Source: an uncultured cyanobacterium
Lineage (GTDB): Bacteria > Cyanobacteriota > Cyanobacteriia > Thermostichales > Thermostichaceae
Direction: 5' to 3'
DNA length: 64,000 nt
NCBI GenBank assembly: GCA_937944885.1
Contig: CALFBB010000030.1
Span: forward strand, 2,077 to 66,076
In this document: positions 1-10,109 of the stretch, one piece after another
Numbering within the stretch: position 1 is the first letter of the stretch
How the letters are laid out: each line of letters opens with the position of its first letter
Made by a program: the position numbers and the translations under genes
Notes under the pieces: generated by a model
Database searches by the model: none
Told to the model about the DNA's origin: nothing
What the model saw: the letters and a program-made list of their open reading frames with translations, nothing else

Positions 1-220
1 GCAGAGTGGAAAATACTAGCGCCGCTACCACCACAGCAGCACGAGTGACACCTACCTCTGACATACCAGCTCTACTTCCGCCTTTTACCCCTAGCCCCTG
101 ATTGCAACACCGGGAACCGTCGCCTAACCCTTTCTGAATGGATAGACCGCACCGCTGCCGCCTCGTCCGGGGTATCCCGACTGTCGATGCAGATTCCCAT
201 TCCGGTCGAAGTCAGGTAGT

Positions 221-925
221 TTACTCCACCCAGCCTTTCTCGCGTAAGCGGCGTAGGGAGTCTAGAGCCGCAGCGGCCACACTGTCGTGCGGGTCTTTGC
301 TGAGATAGTTAAGAGCAGAAAGGCTCTTGGCAGAGGGTAAATTCCCCAAAGCTTGGGCCAACCGCTGCCGTACCAGCCAATCTTCCGCTTGGGCAAATTC
401 CAAAATGCGATCCAGGGCCCGTAAATCCCCCACCTCTCCCAATGCAGCGATGGCGGCCTGCTGCAACAACACCTCAGGAGCATCCAAAGCTCGTATCAGA
501 ACTTCATAGGCGCGCGGATCCTTGAGATTACCCAAAGCCACCGCTGCACTGAAGCGCACCAACCATTCTACATCTTCATAAAAGGCACGCACCAAGGCCT
601 CGAAAGCACGTGGATCCTCTAAGTACCCAAGGGCACCCGCCGCATCGGCACGGATCCCATAGTCGGGATCCTGAGTCAAAATTTCCAGCAGCTTTGGCAG
701 AGAAGCCTTTGTTTGCTTCACCCCCAGGGCAAAAACCGCAAAAGAGCGTACCTGTAGATTTTCATCATCCACCACCTGCAGAATCAGAGGCACTGCATCT
801 TCATCCGGAACATCTCGCAAATGGGCCAGAGCCACCATACGATCGGCAGGCCGTTGGCTGCGCAGTTGCTGGGCAATCTGTTGTAACCGGCTGGGGTTGA
901 CGGGATCCAGAGCAGGAGCAGACAT
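221..925 (-). CDS. HEAT-repeat (PBS lyase-like) protein, NblB-like
   Basis: Tandem HEAT repeats (IRADAAGALG, WLVRFSAAVALG, DWLVRQRLAQALG); 234 aa size fits the NblB family. Confidence 0.8.
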   Translation of the reverse strand: MSAPALDPVNPSRLQQIAQQLRSQRPADRMVALAHLRDVPDEDAVPLILQVVDDENLQVRSFAVFALGVKQTKASLPKLLEILTQDPDYGIRADAAGALGYLEDPRAFEALVRAFYEDVEWLVRFSAAVALGNLKDPRAYEVLIRALDAPEVLLQQAAIAALGEVGDLRALDRILEFAQAEDWLVRQRLAQALGNLPSAKSLSALNYLSKDPHDSVAAAALDSLRRLREKGWVE

Positions 926-1123
926 AGTTTTAATAATTATTTACACTCCCTTAAGTATGGCAGATTTCCCATGGGCTTGGCGGGGCTAGGGCAAATCTTA
1001 AAACAGATACAGGCCGGCTCATGGCAATTGGGAAAAGCATACCCCTGTTTAAGGGATTTTGGGTATTTTAGGTAGAGAAGTTGCCCTAAACCCAAGGGCA
1101 CAAGGCAGGAGGCTTTTTCCCAG

Positions 1124-2017
1124 ATGGTCTTGATGCTGAACTCTTTACCGACTCGCCAACTGTCCTTTCTTGCTGTTGGTCTGCTGTCAGCAGGAGGAAT
1201 GTTGTTTTTTTTGGCCCCTCGTTTGCCCTTAGCTTTGGCCAACGCAGCGGCTGTTCCTGAAGCTGAACTGGCGATTCAGCCCCTCTTACCTGAGGGATCC
1301 CGTATCGTGAGCTCTCGCCGACTCAGTGACCGAGAAGCGGAAATTTGGGTGGAAGCTCGGGGTGGCCTTAGCCCGGTCATCATGCGGCTGAACGCTGCAG
1401 GTATTTGGGAACAGGACATGAGCGCCACCTTGGCCCGTGGCGCTAGCCAAATGCAAGCTCTGGCCCAGCAACAAACAACAAACAGCTCATTTGGCCAAAC
1501 CGCACTGGATCAACCTGCTCCTCCACCTGTGCCCTCTTTGTTACAAGCCACCCAGGCTGCTTCTGTGTTGATTCCACCTGCGGATCGGGAGCAAGAAACC
1601 CAGCGGGCCCTGAGTGGGGCTGGCCGCCAAGATCCCTTTGTGCCCCAAAATATTCGTACACCTGAGCCGGAAATTGTCCTGCCACCTCTGCCGCCACCGC
1701 CGCCGATTTTGCCTCCCCCTGGAAACGGCAATGGTGCATCTGTTGCTGTAGCTCCTCCGGTTTCTGCCCCTACCCCAGATCCGGCTGCCTTTGCCCGTAG
1801 TGTTCGGGTTTCTGGCATTGTGCAAATTGGGGGAGAATCCTTTGCCCTTGTCTCTGGCCCAGGAACTGTGCCCTCTGTAGTCCAGGCTGGGCAGAATTAT
1901 CAGACGGCTAATGTGGCTGGTGTTTCGGCCCAGCAGCGGCGGGTGGTGCTCTCAGAAGGGGGAGAAAATGTGGTGAAAACCATGGAAGATACGACAGTGA
2001 TTGTCGGTGCCCCCTGA
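1124..2017 (+). CDS. Exported Pro-rich protein with PilP-like C-terminal domain (probable type IV pilus accessory)
   Basis: N-terminal hydrophobic segment, GRQDPF motif, Pro-rich linker, then a beta-domain VRVSGIVQIGGESFALV...RVVLSEGG resembling cyanobacterial PilP-like proteins. Confidence 0.5.
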   Translation: MVLMLNSLPTRQLSFLAVGLLSAGGMLFFLAPRLPLALANAAAVPEAELAIQPLLPEGSRIVSSRRLSDREAEIWVEARGGLSPVIMRLNAAGIWEQDMSATLARGASQMQALAQQQTTNSSFGQTALDQPAPPPVPSLLQATQAASVLIPPADREQETQRALSGAGRQDPFVPQNIRTPEPEIVLPPLPPPPPILPPPGNGNGASVAVAPPVSAPTPDPAAFARSVRVSGIVQIGGESFALVSGPGTVPSVVQAGQNYQTANVAGVSAQQRRVVLSEGGENVVKTMEDTTVIVGAP

Positions 2018-2241
2018 GCGGAACTGTTCTGCTAGAGCGTCTTGCGATTGCAAGCTCGGATCTCTGGTTCGGGATTTGGCCGGGTTGCAGCTTCTACCAA
2101 GCTGACCGAGGGCATTATCCTCACCCTGGCTCCTGACCGCCTGGTCAGGAAGAAAAGCACTGGGGAAGCGGTTCGCAAGTATATCAAGGGGAGCTCTAGA
2201 GAGCTGTTTTTTTGTGCTCTGGGGTTGAGTGACATCCCAGG

Positions 2242-2850
2242 TTAAAAGCTCGGTTCACTCTTCGGTTCACTCTTTAGACGGGGCGGTTGCTGCTTTAGGT
2301 AGCGGAGAAACTCCCTCAGCTCAGTATCCGTCAACTGGTGACGGGATTTTTTATGGAAGTGTTTTTCTAGGAATTCTCGCCCTTCTTTGTTGGTCCAGCC
2401 AATGCGCTGCAATTCCACATCCGTTTGGGCAATGATATCAGAAAGATCATCCATATCCGTTCCAGATTCCACTGAGGGAGGAGTAGGTTTTGTTTGAACG
2501 GTTTGAAGGGGGGCCGGAGCCGGCTGAGGGGGAATGGATTGAGGGGCAATGGGTAAGGAGCTGGTGTGCCCATTGACCCAATCAGGATTGGGCAGGTAAG
2601 CGGATCTTCCAGAAGGTTCTACTCCTGAGCCGAGGGGCGTGGATGGGCGACCAAAGCCTGCATGGTTCAAAGCCCGTTTTAATGCGGCATCTTCGGCCGC
2701 TTCAACCGTATTCGACCCGGCGATACCACTACCCAACACCGTATTATTCACAATGACCTGCGCCTTCACAATGTAAATCCCCTCTTCCACACGCAACAGA
2801 TCCGTGAGCAAACTGCCCATAGGGTGCCGATCCCGAAAATGTTGAATCAT
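2242..2850 (-). CDS. Conserved cyanobacterial hypothetical protein (Rad52/Sak-like N-terminal motif, small helical C-terminal domain)
   Basis: 202 aa ORF with two domains separated by a Pro-rich linker; motifs AAEDAALKRAL and VELQRIGW...SRHQLTDTEL. Confidence 0.65.
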   Translation of the reverse strand: MIQHFRDRHPMGSLLTDLLRVEEGIYIVKAQVIVNNTVLGSGIAGSNTVEAAEDAALKRALNHAGFGRPSTPLGSGVEPSGRSAYLPNPDWVNGHTSSLPIAPQSIPPQPAPAPLQTVQTKPTPPSVESGTDMDDLSDIIAQTDVELQRIGWTNKEGREFLEKHFHKKSRHQLTDTELREFLRYLKQQPPRLKSEPKSEPSF

Positions 2851-3114
2851 GTCTATGCCGGTGGAGAAAACGTCTCAAAGTCGGTCAATCCACAACCGAA
2901 TTGGCTACAACTTAACCCGAAGAATAACCGCTTGAGAAGGGAAATTGAACAGGAATCTGCTGCCGTAGAGAGGCTTAAGAGGGCCAGGAGAGCCTGACCG
3001 GACCTTTGTCTAATTGCAAAATCATGCTGTCGGTTTGGTTGCGAATGATGCTGTAGGTGGCTGACTGGGTAAAACTGATCTATCATCAGCGCACAGAGGG
3101 TATGACAGGGAAAT

Positions 3115-4023
3115 ATGGCTAGCAACTCTACCGGAGCCAACTCGGCGGGTCAAGCAGCTATTCGCGAACGCAATTACGGTACTGCTTTACAGTTGCTCCG
3201 ACGTGCCTATCGTGAGAATCCCAGCGCAGAAAATGCCCGTTGGCTGGCCACTGCCTATGAGGAAGCTGGCTATACTCAATTGGCTTCTTTGTATCGAGAG
3301 TTATCTCAAGAGCACCAGAAGATTCAGTTTCAGGCACCCAAACCCCATAACACCCTTGAACAACTCAAGCAACTGCCCACTGAGGCTCCTGAGCGCAAAA
3401 CCATTCCTCTACCCCAGCCTATTCCTCGCTATACTCCCTCATCCCCCTCTTCGGATCAACCCATTTGGGTTTATAAGCCCACCCCTGTTGACCCGAAAAG
3501 CATCAGCCGGCAAGCCCCGGCCCGATCTCAAAAACCGGCGGAGACTGCTGTTGCCGATGAGAAATCCACCGAGCAACCAGCTTACTTGCCGGTGCAGCAT
3601 GCTCCCAATTTGAGCAACCCAGAGCAGGGATCCCCCTTTGTTCGCCGCCTCAATCAACTGCACCGGCAATTTAAGGATCACCCCACAGCTGAGCTGGCTC
3701 TACAATTGGCGGAAGCTTACGACGAGCAGAACAACCTCAAAGAGGCGCAACGCTACTACCGTGAGGTGTTGGATCTGGATCAATCGCTGCTGCTGCGACC
3801 GATGGTGCAGGAGCGCCTAGAAGAGTTGCGGCAAATTCAGAATCCAACAGCAGAGCTCTCGGTGCAAAGTTTGCTTAAGCTGGCAGAAAAGTTGGAGCAG
3901 GAGGGGGAGGTAGCCCGTGCTGAGCAGGTTTACCGCAAAATCTTGAAAATGGATACGACCTTGGATGCCCATGCTGCTGCCCGCAAGGGCCTCAACCGGC
4001 TCTATCCCGATGGCAAACGGTAA
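3115..4023 (+). CDS. Tetratricopeptide-repeat protein
   Basis: TPR-like helical repeats at both ends (YGTALQLLRRAY, LAEAYDEQNNLKEAQRYYREVL, AEQVYRKIL) with a Pro-rich middle. Confidence 0.75.
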   Translation: MASNSTGANSAGQAAIRERNYGTALQLLRRAYRENPSAENARWLATAYEEAGYTQLASLYRELSQEHQKIQFQAPKPHNTLEQLKQLPTEAPERKTIPLPQPIPRYTPSSPSSDQPIWVYKPTPVDPKSISRQAPARSQKPAETAVADEKSTEQPAYLPVQHAPNLSNPEQGSPFVRRLNQLHRQFKDHPTAELALQLAEAYDEQNNLKEAQRYYREVLDLDQSLLLRPMVQERLEELRQIQNPTAELSVQSLLKLAEKLEQEGEVARAEQVYRKILKMDTTLDAHAAARKGLNRLYPDGKR

Positions 4024-4106
4024 TGGTTCTCCTCAATTCAACTTCTCCTCAATTCAACACGGATGGATAGGAAAAATTGTTTCTAGAGCCTTGACAGGGA
4101 TCCCGG

Positions 4107-4712
4107 TCACGCTCCGGGCAAGGGGAAGAAACGGTCGGTTTGTTTCACCCGTTGGCACCAGGCTTGAAGGTTGGGGAATGGCTTGAGGTCGAACCCGCCC
4201 TGCTCGGCCACGTGGGTATAGGTAAATAGGGCCAGATCGGCAATGGTGTAGCGCTCACCCACAAAAAAGGTTTTACCCGCCAAGCAATGGTCCATGATCC
4301 GCAGAGCTTCTGTACCCAACTGTAGATTTTGCTTGATCAAGCTGGCGTTGGCTTCCGCTTGACCGGCACGCAGCCAAAAGCGGGTAGTGGCAATGTAGCG
4401 GGCGATGCGGGTTTGCTCAAAAAATAGCCATTTCAAAATCTCCGCCCGCTCCAGCTGGGTTTGGCCGTACATTGGGGTATTTTCTGCCAAGTAGACCAAA
4501 ATGGCTGCCGACTCAGCCAGCACGGTACCATCTTCCAGCTCTAGGGCCGGGATCTGACCCAAGGGATTCTTAGCCAGATATTCGGGCCGCCGGTTTTCCC
4601 CCTCTCTGGAGTTAACCAATACGGCTTCATAAGGGATCCCCAACTGCTTGAGAAGCAGCTCCACTTTGTAGCAATTTCCAGAGATCGGGATCCCGTACAG
4701 TCGCAAAGTCAT
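4107..4712 (-). CDS. Glutathione S-transferase family protein
   Basis: SGNCYKV N-terminus, NPLGQIPAL, LAESAAILVYL and YTIADLALF motifs. Confidence 0.92.
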   Translation of the reverse strand: MTLRLYGIPISGNCYKVELLLKQLGIPYEAVLVNSREGENRRPEYLAKNPLGQIPALELEDGTVLAESAAILVYLAENTPMYGQTQLERAEILKWLFFEQTRIARYIATTRFWLRAGQAEANASLIKQNLQLGTEALRIMDHCLAGKTFFVGERYTIADLALFTYTHVAEQGGFDLKPFPNLQAWCQRVKQTDRFFPLPGA

Positions 4713-5369
4713 TCAATCCACCCCCAGAAGTTCTAAGTGCATCCTGTCTCAACACTGTACGCTGCTTTGCTCGAATTGGGGATTGTCCACTCCTGTATCT
4801 GGCGGCGATACCCCCGTCCAAAGGCTTGGAGCAATCCCTCTGCAGGGGAGAGAGGCCCGGCTTGGTAGGTACGGGATCCCACCCCTTGCTGGTTCAGCTC
4901 ACACAGCTGCCAGTCCTAGCAGTTGGTGCCATCCCACAGTTCGATGATCCTGCCGGGCTCGAAGTCCTCTCGACCCAAGTTGCTGTTTGCGGTGTCCTCG
5001 TCGCCGAGCCGATAAGTGCCGTTCTCGAAAGCGCCCCTGCAAGGGAGCAAAAACCTTGCTAAAGGCTTGAGGATTGCGGCTGAGGTTTACCCAGACAACG
5101 TCTGCCCCTTCTACTGAGGCGGCTGAGTGGAGGGGATAGTCTTGCCGACGGAAATCTTCCTCCTCCTGCATCCGGGGAGCCGCTGACAGCTGTCTATCCA
5201 CAACCCATCGTGAATGAACTCATCTGTTCAATTTGTTGATATTTGTTGGTATTTTTGTCTGCTTCTGTTGCAGGTTAATCTGAGGTCAGCCTGGCCCATA
5301 ATTTTCACCCCTCTGTGCAGCTGGTTTACTCCGGTTGGTTAAGCTAGCGGAGTAGCTTTTCCCCTAGTC

Positions 5370-5906
5370 ATGTGTTTTCCCCTATCCCCTTTAATTCGTT
5401 ACGCCATTCAAGCTCTCTATTGGGCTTTGGTGCTTCCGCTGCCCCTATTCCTCTGGCGGCAGGCGGATCCGGTTTGGCTGGGATCCCTGCTGCTGCTGTT
5501 GTTGTTGGGGTGGGGCTTGCTCCTGGGATCCCTGAGTCAGCAGGTGCATGTGGACGAGCAAGGGATGCGAGCTACCTATCCTGCTTGGGTGCCTGCTTTT
5601 CTACGGCAAGAATGGCAGATCCGCTGGTCGGAGGTGGAACGGATAGAGCCGAGATCCACTAGCCAAGGGGGCATGGTTTACTACTTGGTTACCGGAGCTG
5701 GGGATCAGGTGCTGCTGCCGATGCGGGTAGCCGATTTTAAACAGCTGTTGGCTGAGGTGCAACACCACACCGGCCTCAGCGTGGGTGGTTTGCGGCCCTA
5801 TGTTCAACCCTGGATGTATGGGTTATTGGGGCTATTGGCCCTGCTGTTGCTGACTTGGGATGGAGTCATTGGGATCCTGGTTTGGAGCAGTCCTTCTCCC
5901 CTCTAG
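5370..5906 (+). CDS. Membrane protein with bacterial PH-like domain
   Basis: Two N-terminal TM helices, soluble region W.EV..IEPRSTSQGG.VYY, C-terminal TM helix. Confidence 0.7.
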   Translation: MCFPLSPLIRYAIQALYWALVLPLPLFLWRQADPVWLGSLLLLLLLGWGLLLGSLSQQVHVDEQGMRATYPAWVPAFLRQEWQIRWSEVERIEPRSTSQGGMVYYLVTGAGDQVLLPMRVADFKQLLAEVQHHTGLSVGGLRPYVQPWMYGLLGLLALLLLTWDGVIGILVWSSPSPL

Positions 5907-6121
5907 CGGCCTGTAGAACTAGGGAGCTATGCGGTGATCTGTTGTCTAATTCTGAAGGATTAAGTCCTAAGCCAGGGTGCTGATGATAGTTACACGGGGA
6001 ATAGCCGTCCAAACAAAATGAACAACTCATCCCCATCAACCGAGAGCAGCTGTGGCAAGATCCAAATTGCTGGAATAGGGATCCTTTTTCAGCTAGAATG
6101 TTCTACCTGATTAGGTGGCAG

Positions 6122-6193
<72 letters not shown>

Positions 6194-6249
6194 TTTTAAC
6201 CCTTAACCACCGCATCAACCTGAGTGGGTAGATCCAAGGCGGGGCAAGC

Positions 6250-7404
6250 ATGAAAGACAAATTAATGTTGATGATCCCAGGCCCAACCCCGGTTCCGGAG
6301 AGTGCCCTCTTGGCCATGGCGCGTGGACCGATTGAGCATCGCAGCAAAGAGTTCACTGCCATTCTGGAGGAAGTCACCGACGGGCTGCGCTGGCTGCACC
6401 AGACCAGGTCGGATGTGTTTGTCTTTTCTGCTAGCGGCACTGGGGCGATGGAGGCCGGGATCCTGAACACCTTAAGCCCTGGGGAGCGGGTTTTGGTGGG
6501 GGTGAATGGCAAATTTGGGGATCGCTGGGCAGAAATGTGCGAGCAATTTGGCCTCAACTGCGAGCGCATTGAAACCCCCTGGGGTATTCCCTATCCGGTG
6601 GAGATCTTCCAGGAAAAGCTAGCCGCCGACCGAGAAAAAACCATCAAGGCCGTTATTCTCACTCACTCGGAAACCTCCAGCGGTGTAGCCAACGATGTGC
6701 AGGCGATTGCAGCGGCTGCCCGTGCCCACGGAGAAGCGCTGGTGATTGTGGATGGGGTGACCAGTGTTGGGGCTATGCCTGTGCTCATGGATGAATGGGG
6801 CTTGGATGTGGTTGCCTCCGGATCCCAGAAAGGCTACATGATTCCGCCCGGCTTGGGGTTTGTGGCCGTTAGCGAACGGGCCATGGCGGCTGCACAACGC
6901 TCCACCTTTCCCAAGTATTACTGGAGTTTTCAGCTGGCACAAAAATCCCTTCAACAAGGCACCACTCCTTTCACACCGGCGGTGAACCTGTTTTATGCTC
7001 TGCAAACAACGCTGCAAATGATGCGTGCTGAGGGTTTAGAGGCGATTTACCAGCGCCATGCCAAGTTGGCTGAAGCTACCCGTGCCGGGGTAAAAGCCCT
7101 AGGGTTAAAGCTCCTGGTGGAGCCGGAATCTGCCGCTAGTCCTGCTGTTACGGCTGTTGTAGCTCCCGAGGGGATCAACGCTGACACCCTTCGCAGCGTT
7201 TTGAAAAAACAATTTGACTTGGCCACGGCAGCAGGACAAGACCATCTTAAGGGCAAGATCTTCCGGATTGGGCATTTGGGCTTCATCAGTGACCGCGATG
7301 TGTTGATGACCATGGCCACTCTGGAGTCTGCTTTGCACACGGTTGGCTATAGTGACTTTACCCCTGGAGCAGCTACCCGTGCGGCGGCGGATGTTCTGGG
7401 TTAA
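6250..7404 (+). CDS. Class V PLP aminotransferase (alanine/serine-glyoxylate aminotransferase family)
   Basis: LMIPGPTPVP, SGTGAME, HSETSSG, DGVTS, SGSQKG (PLP lysine), FRIGHLG. Confidence 0.93.
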   Translation: MKDKLMLMIPGPTPVPESALLAMARGPIEHRSKEFTAILEEVTDGLRWLHQTRSDVFVFSASGTGAMEAGILNTLSPGERVLVGVNGKFGDRWAEMCEQFGLNCERIETPWGIPYPVEIFQEKLAADREKTIKAVILTHSETSSGVANDVQAIAAAARAHGEALVIVDGVTSVGAMPVLMDEWGLDVVASGSQKGYMIPPGLGFVAVSERAMAAAQRSTFPKYYWSFQLAQKSLQQGTTPFTPAVNLFYALQTTLQMMRAEGLEAIYQRHAKLAEATRAGVKALGLKLLVEPESAASPAVTAVVAPEGINADTLRSVLKKQFDLATAAGQDHLKGKIFRIGHLGFISDRDVLMTMATLESALHTVGYSDFTPGAATRAAADVLG

Positions 7405-7544
7405 GCTCGCTGGATTCTCAAAATGGGTAGCCTTTGACACATGGCACTGGAGGGATAGCGTCGCTAAAATGGGAAGACATTCTTAATAAAACTTCAGAGG
7501 TCTACTTTTGTGGACTTGCACCTGTTCTCTACCTAAGGGTAGTC

Positions 7545-8213
7545 ATGGTTGTCAGCTTAGAACGGAATCTCCAGGTCGGTGTTGCAACTACCCAGTTGCG
7601 GCAGGTGCTGCAGGGGATTGGCTCCTCCTCTTGCCCTCTGCACTACAATTTTCACCTGCACACCCGCTGTTCTGATGGGCAGATGGATCCTTTGGATCTG
7701 GCGGAGCAAGCCCGTCAGCACGGGCTAAGAGGATTGGCCATCACGGATCACCACACCCTGAAGGGGTATGAACGGGCCCGAGCCTACCTGGATCAGCCTG
7801 GGGATCCGATTCTCTGGCCGGGAATTGAGATCACCACAGAGTTGCTGGGCTGTGAGGTGCATATCCTCGGTTATGGATTTGACCCGGCAGCCTCCATTTT
7901 GGATCCCTTTACTCAGGGAGAACCGATCCCGGGGCTACCTGCTAGTGAGGCGATTCAAGCCATTCAAGCAGCCGGGGGATTGGCAGTACTGGCCCACCCC
8001 TTTCGATACCTCGTGCCTGCGGAGGAAGTGGTGGCAGCGGCAGCCGAGCTGGGGGTAGATGGTTTGGAGGTGTACTACGCTTATAAGAATCCAGCCATTT
8101 GGGCTCCTAGTCCGGAAGTGACTGATTTGGCGGAATTGATGGCCGCCAGCTATGGTCTTCTGAAAACCTGCGGCACCGACTCCCATGGGTTGAGTATTCT
8201 GAGGCGGATTTAA
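7545..8213 (+). CDS. PHP-domain metal-dependent phosphoesterase
   Basis: HLHTRCSDG, AITDH, GIE, HILG, AHP and GTDSHG metal-binding motifs are intact. ATG at 7545 chosen over the longer track ORF. Confidence 0.85.
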   Translation: MVVSLERNLQVGVATTQLRQVLQGIGSSSCPLHYNFHLHTRCSDGQMDPLDLAEQARQHGLRGLAITDHHTLKGYERARAYLDQPGDPILWPGIEITTELLGCEVHILGYGFDPAASILDPFTQGEPIPGLPASEAIQAIQAAGGLAVLAHPFRYLVPAEEVVAAAAELGVDGLEVYYAYKNPAIWAPSPEVTDLAELMAASYGLLKTCGTDSHGLSILRRI

Positions 8214-8310
8214 AAACGTAGGCTTTACGGCCTTATCTGTAAACTAGCTGGCAAACCAGATGGGGATGGCAGAGGCTCACCAGGGTTATGTCGTGAAAGC
8301 TAGGGCTGTA

Positions 8311-8910
8311 TTACACATAACCCATCATCGCCAGAGCATCCTGATCCCAGTTCACCTGCTGCTGTGGATCCACACGTCCCAGCACCGGGATCCCCACCTG
8401 TGCTTCCAGGCATGCGGCCAGGGTGGAATCCAGTTCATCCCAAGCTTCAGGAGGCAAAGATGGGGGAGAGTCGAGTTGGCATTCTGACACTTCATCGGTA
8501 GCTATTGTGGGGGCAAATTCCGGCTCACCCAACAAAACCCAGCCCAGACAGCGGGCCCGGGATTGACGTAGCAAGGCGGCAAAGGCAATCGCTTGACTCA
8601 TGGCTGCTCTCCTTGGCAACGTCAGCAGGACCGGTAGCTCCCAGGCATGAGATAGATCCGCCCAGGTTTGCCCTGCCCCAATCGGATCGGCAAGGCTGCC
8701 CGGCACCACCAGCAGAGGCTCTGCCGTCCCTTCCTGATTCAACCTCACAATCTGCTGCCAAAGCTCCCGCAGATGGGCTTCTATTTGGGCGTAGGGATCC
8801 CCTTTGAGCCAGGAGTAGGGGCGCTGCGAGCAAGCAACCCAAGCTTGGGCCACCTCTGCCACGCTCGGGAGCCTTGGCCCCACCCAAGTGCCCGCCACCA
8901 TCACACTCAT
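8311..8910 (-). CDS. Conserved hypothetical protein (weak resemblance to BioD/AAA_26 C-terminal half)
   Basis: 199 aa ORF overlapping the CRR6 gene stop by 4 nt; VPGSLADP...WELPVLL motif; no P-loop seen. Confidence 0.55.
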   Translation of the reverse strand: MSVMVAGTWVGPRLPSVAEVAQAWVACSQRPYSWLKGDPYAQIEAHLRELWQQIVRLNQEGTAEPLLVVPGSLADPIGAGQTWADLSHAWELPVLLTLPRRAAMSQAIAFAALLRQSRARCLGWVLLGEPEFAPTIATDEVSECQLDSPPSLPPEAWDELDSTLAACLEAQVGIPVLGRVDPQQQVNWDQDALAMMGYV

Positions 8911-9428
8911 GCTTCTGCCTCGAGGATCTCTTTATCCCAAAGGGTTAGAAACTGCGGCTGGATCTCAAAGCCAAACACCAAAGCCATATCCCGCAGCACA
9001 GAAACCGAGCCCAACTGCTGCTGTTTCAGCCACCGCATCAACACAAATACTTTCTGGTAGACAAAGATCTCCAAGGCTTCCGGATTGTAGAGGATCCCTT
9101 GGCGAGGGTTAAATTGATGGGGTACCAGCATGGCGGCATACCGAGCCAATTCCCCCCGTCGCCAATCCAGAAAATAAGGTAACCAGGGGTAAACCGTATC
9201 CCAGCGAATGAACCAGAGACGCACCTCCGGGATCTCCGACAACTCCCGCGGATCATCAGGGCTGCGCGGGTAGTCGATCACACATTGCACCTGCTGGGCA
9301 GCCCGAGCGGGATCCACCATTACGGTTTGCATCAACTCATGTCCGGGGGTTAAATCCAGGGTTTGGATGGCTTTGGCAGATAGATAAAGGGTGATAGGCA
9401 CAGCTACGGGAAAATCAATGAACGTCAA
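8907..9428 (-). CDS. CRR6 family NdhI maturation factor (DUF1817)
   Basis: DPRELSEIPEVRLWFIR, YPWLPY.LDW, ELARYAAMLVPHQF and NPEALEIF motifs. Confidence 0.9.
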   Translation of the reverse strand: MTFIDFPVAVPITLYLSAKAIQTLDLTPGHELMQTVMVDPARAAQQVQCVIDYPRSPDDPRELSEIPEVRLWFIRWDTVYPWLPYFLDWRRGELARYAAMLVPHQFNPRQGILYNPEALEIFVYQKVFVLMRWLKQQQLGSVSVLRDMALVFGFEIQPQFLTLWDKEILEAEA

Positions 9429-9468
9429 GTTAGAGGTTTCTGGCCGGGTGACCTTTTGCAGTTTAATG

Positions 9469-9486
9469 CTACGGCACGCTACGCAA
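9469..9486 (+). repeat. Short dispersed repeat, copy 1 (CTACGGCACGCTACGCAA)
   Basis: 17/18 identical to 10385-10402; lies just beyond the cobU stop. Confidence 0.6.
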
Positions 9487-9494
9487 TCGTAACT

Positions 9495-10061
9495 CTACTC
9501 TGGATTGACGGGATCCCTCATCCGATCCAGCGGCATTCCCAAGCGGCTCAGCTCCAGGGCAAAACCCGCTGTAACTAAAAAAACCTGATCCGCCATACCC
9601 CCAACTGCCTGAGTCAACTCCCCTAGCCGATCCCGAAACAAGCGTCCCAGCGGGTAAGCGGGTACCACCCCCCACCCTACCTCCTCTGCCACCAAAATCA
9701 CGCAACCGGCAAAGCTCTTGAGGCTGACCAAGAAAGATTGCACCCAGGGATCCCACTCTGAGGAAGCAGCGTCCAATCCTTGCGCCACCCAGCCCCCCAG
9801 AGAATCCACCAGTACACAGCTTGGTTGAGGCAGATCCCGCAAAACCAAACTCAAGTCCAGGCCCGTCTCCCAGGTTTGCCAAGTGGACGGACGGCGCTGC
9901 CGGTGCTTTTGAACCCGTTCTGCCCATTCCGGATCCCTCACCGGATCCACTTGAGGTCCCGTAGCCAGATAGATCACCGATAAACCGGAAGCTGCCGCCA
10001 ACTTTTCCGCAAGACGACTTTTGCCGGAGCGAGCCGGGCCACAAATGAGCACAATTGGCAT
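9495..10061 (-). CDS. cobU: Bifunctional adenosylcobinamide kinase / adenosylcobinamide-phosphate guanylyltransferase
   Basis: GPARSGKS P-loop, YLATG, RVQKHRQRRP, LVDSL, EEVGWGVVP, FRDRLG. Confidence 0.95.
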   Translation of the reverse strand: MPIVLICGPARSGKSRLAEKLAAASGLSVIYLATGPQVDPVRDPEWAERVQKHRQRRPSTWQTWETGLDLSLVLRDLPQPSCVLVDSLGGWVAQGLDAASSEWDPWVQSFLVSLKSFAGCVILVAEEVGWGVVPAYPLGRLFRDRLGELTQAVGGMADQVFLVTAGFALELSRLGMPLDRMRDPVNPE

Positions 10062-10109
10062 GAAGGTTAGGATAGGAGGAGGTTTACCTAGGCTAACGAA
10101 ACTCTTGAC

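Noticed and set aside
1-220. Possible minus-strand gene start near 64 (MSEVGVTRAAVVVAALVFSTL...) running off the window edge
   Set aside because: Only ~21 codons visible; cannot be supported.
2042-2245. 67-aa ORF and a weak hairpin (AGCTC-TAGA-GAGCT plus T run at 2192-2213)
   Set aside because: No recognisable motif; the 5-bp stem is too weak to call a terminator.
2853-3114. Short open frames in the divergent intergenic region
   Set aside because: No start/RBS combination or motif; likely promoter DNA.
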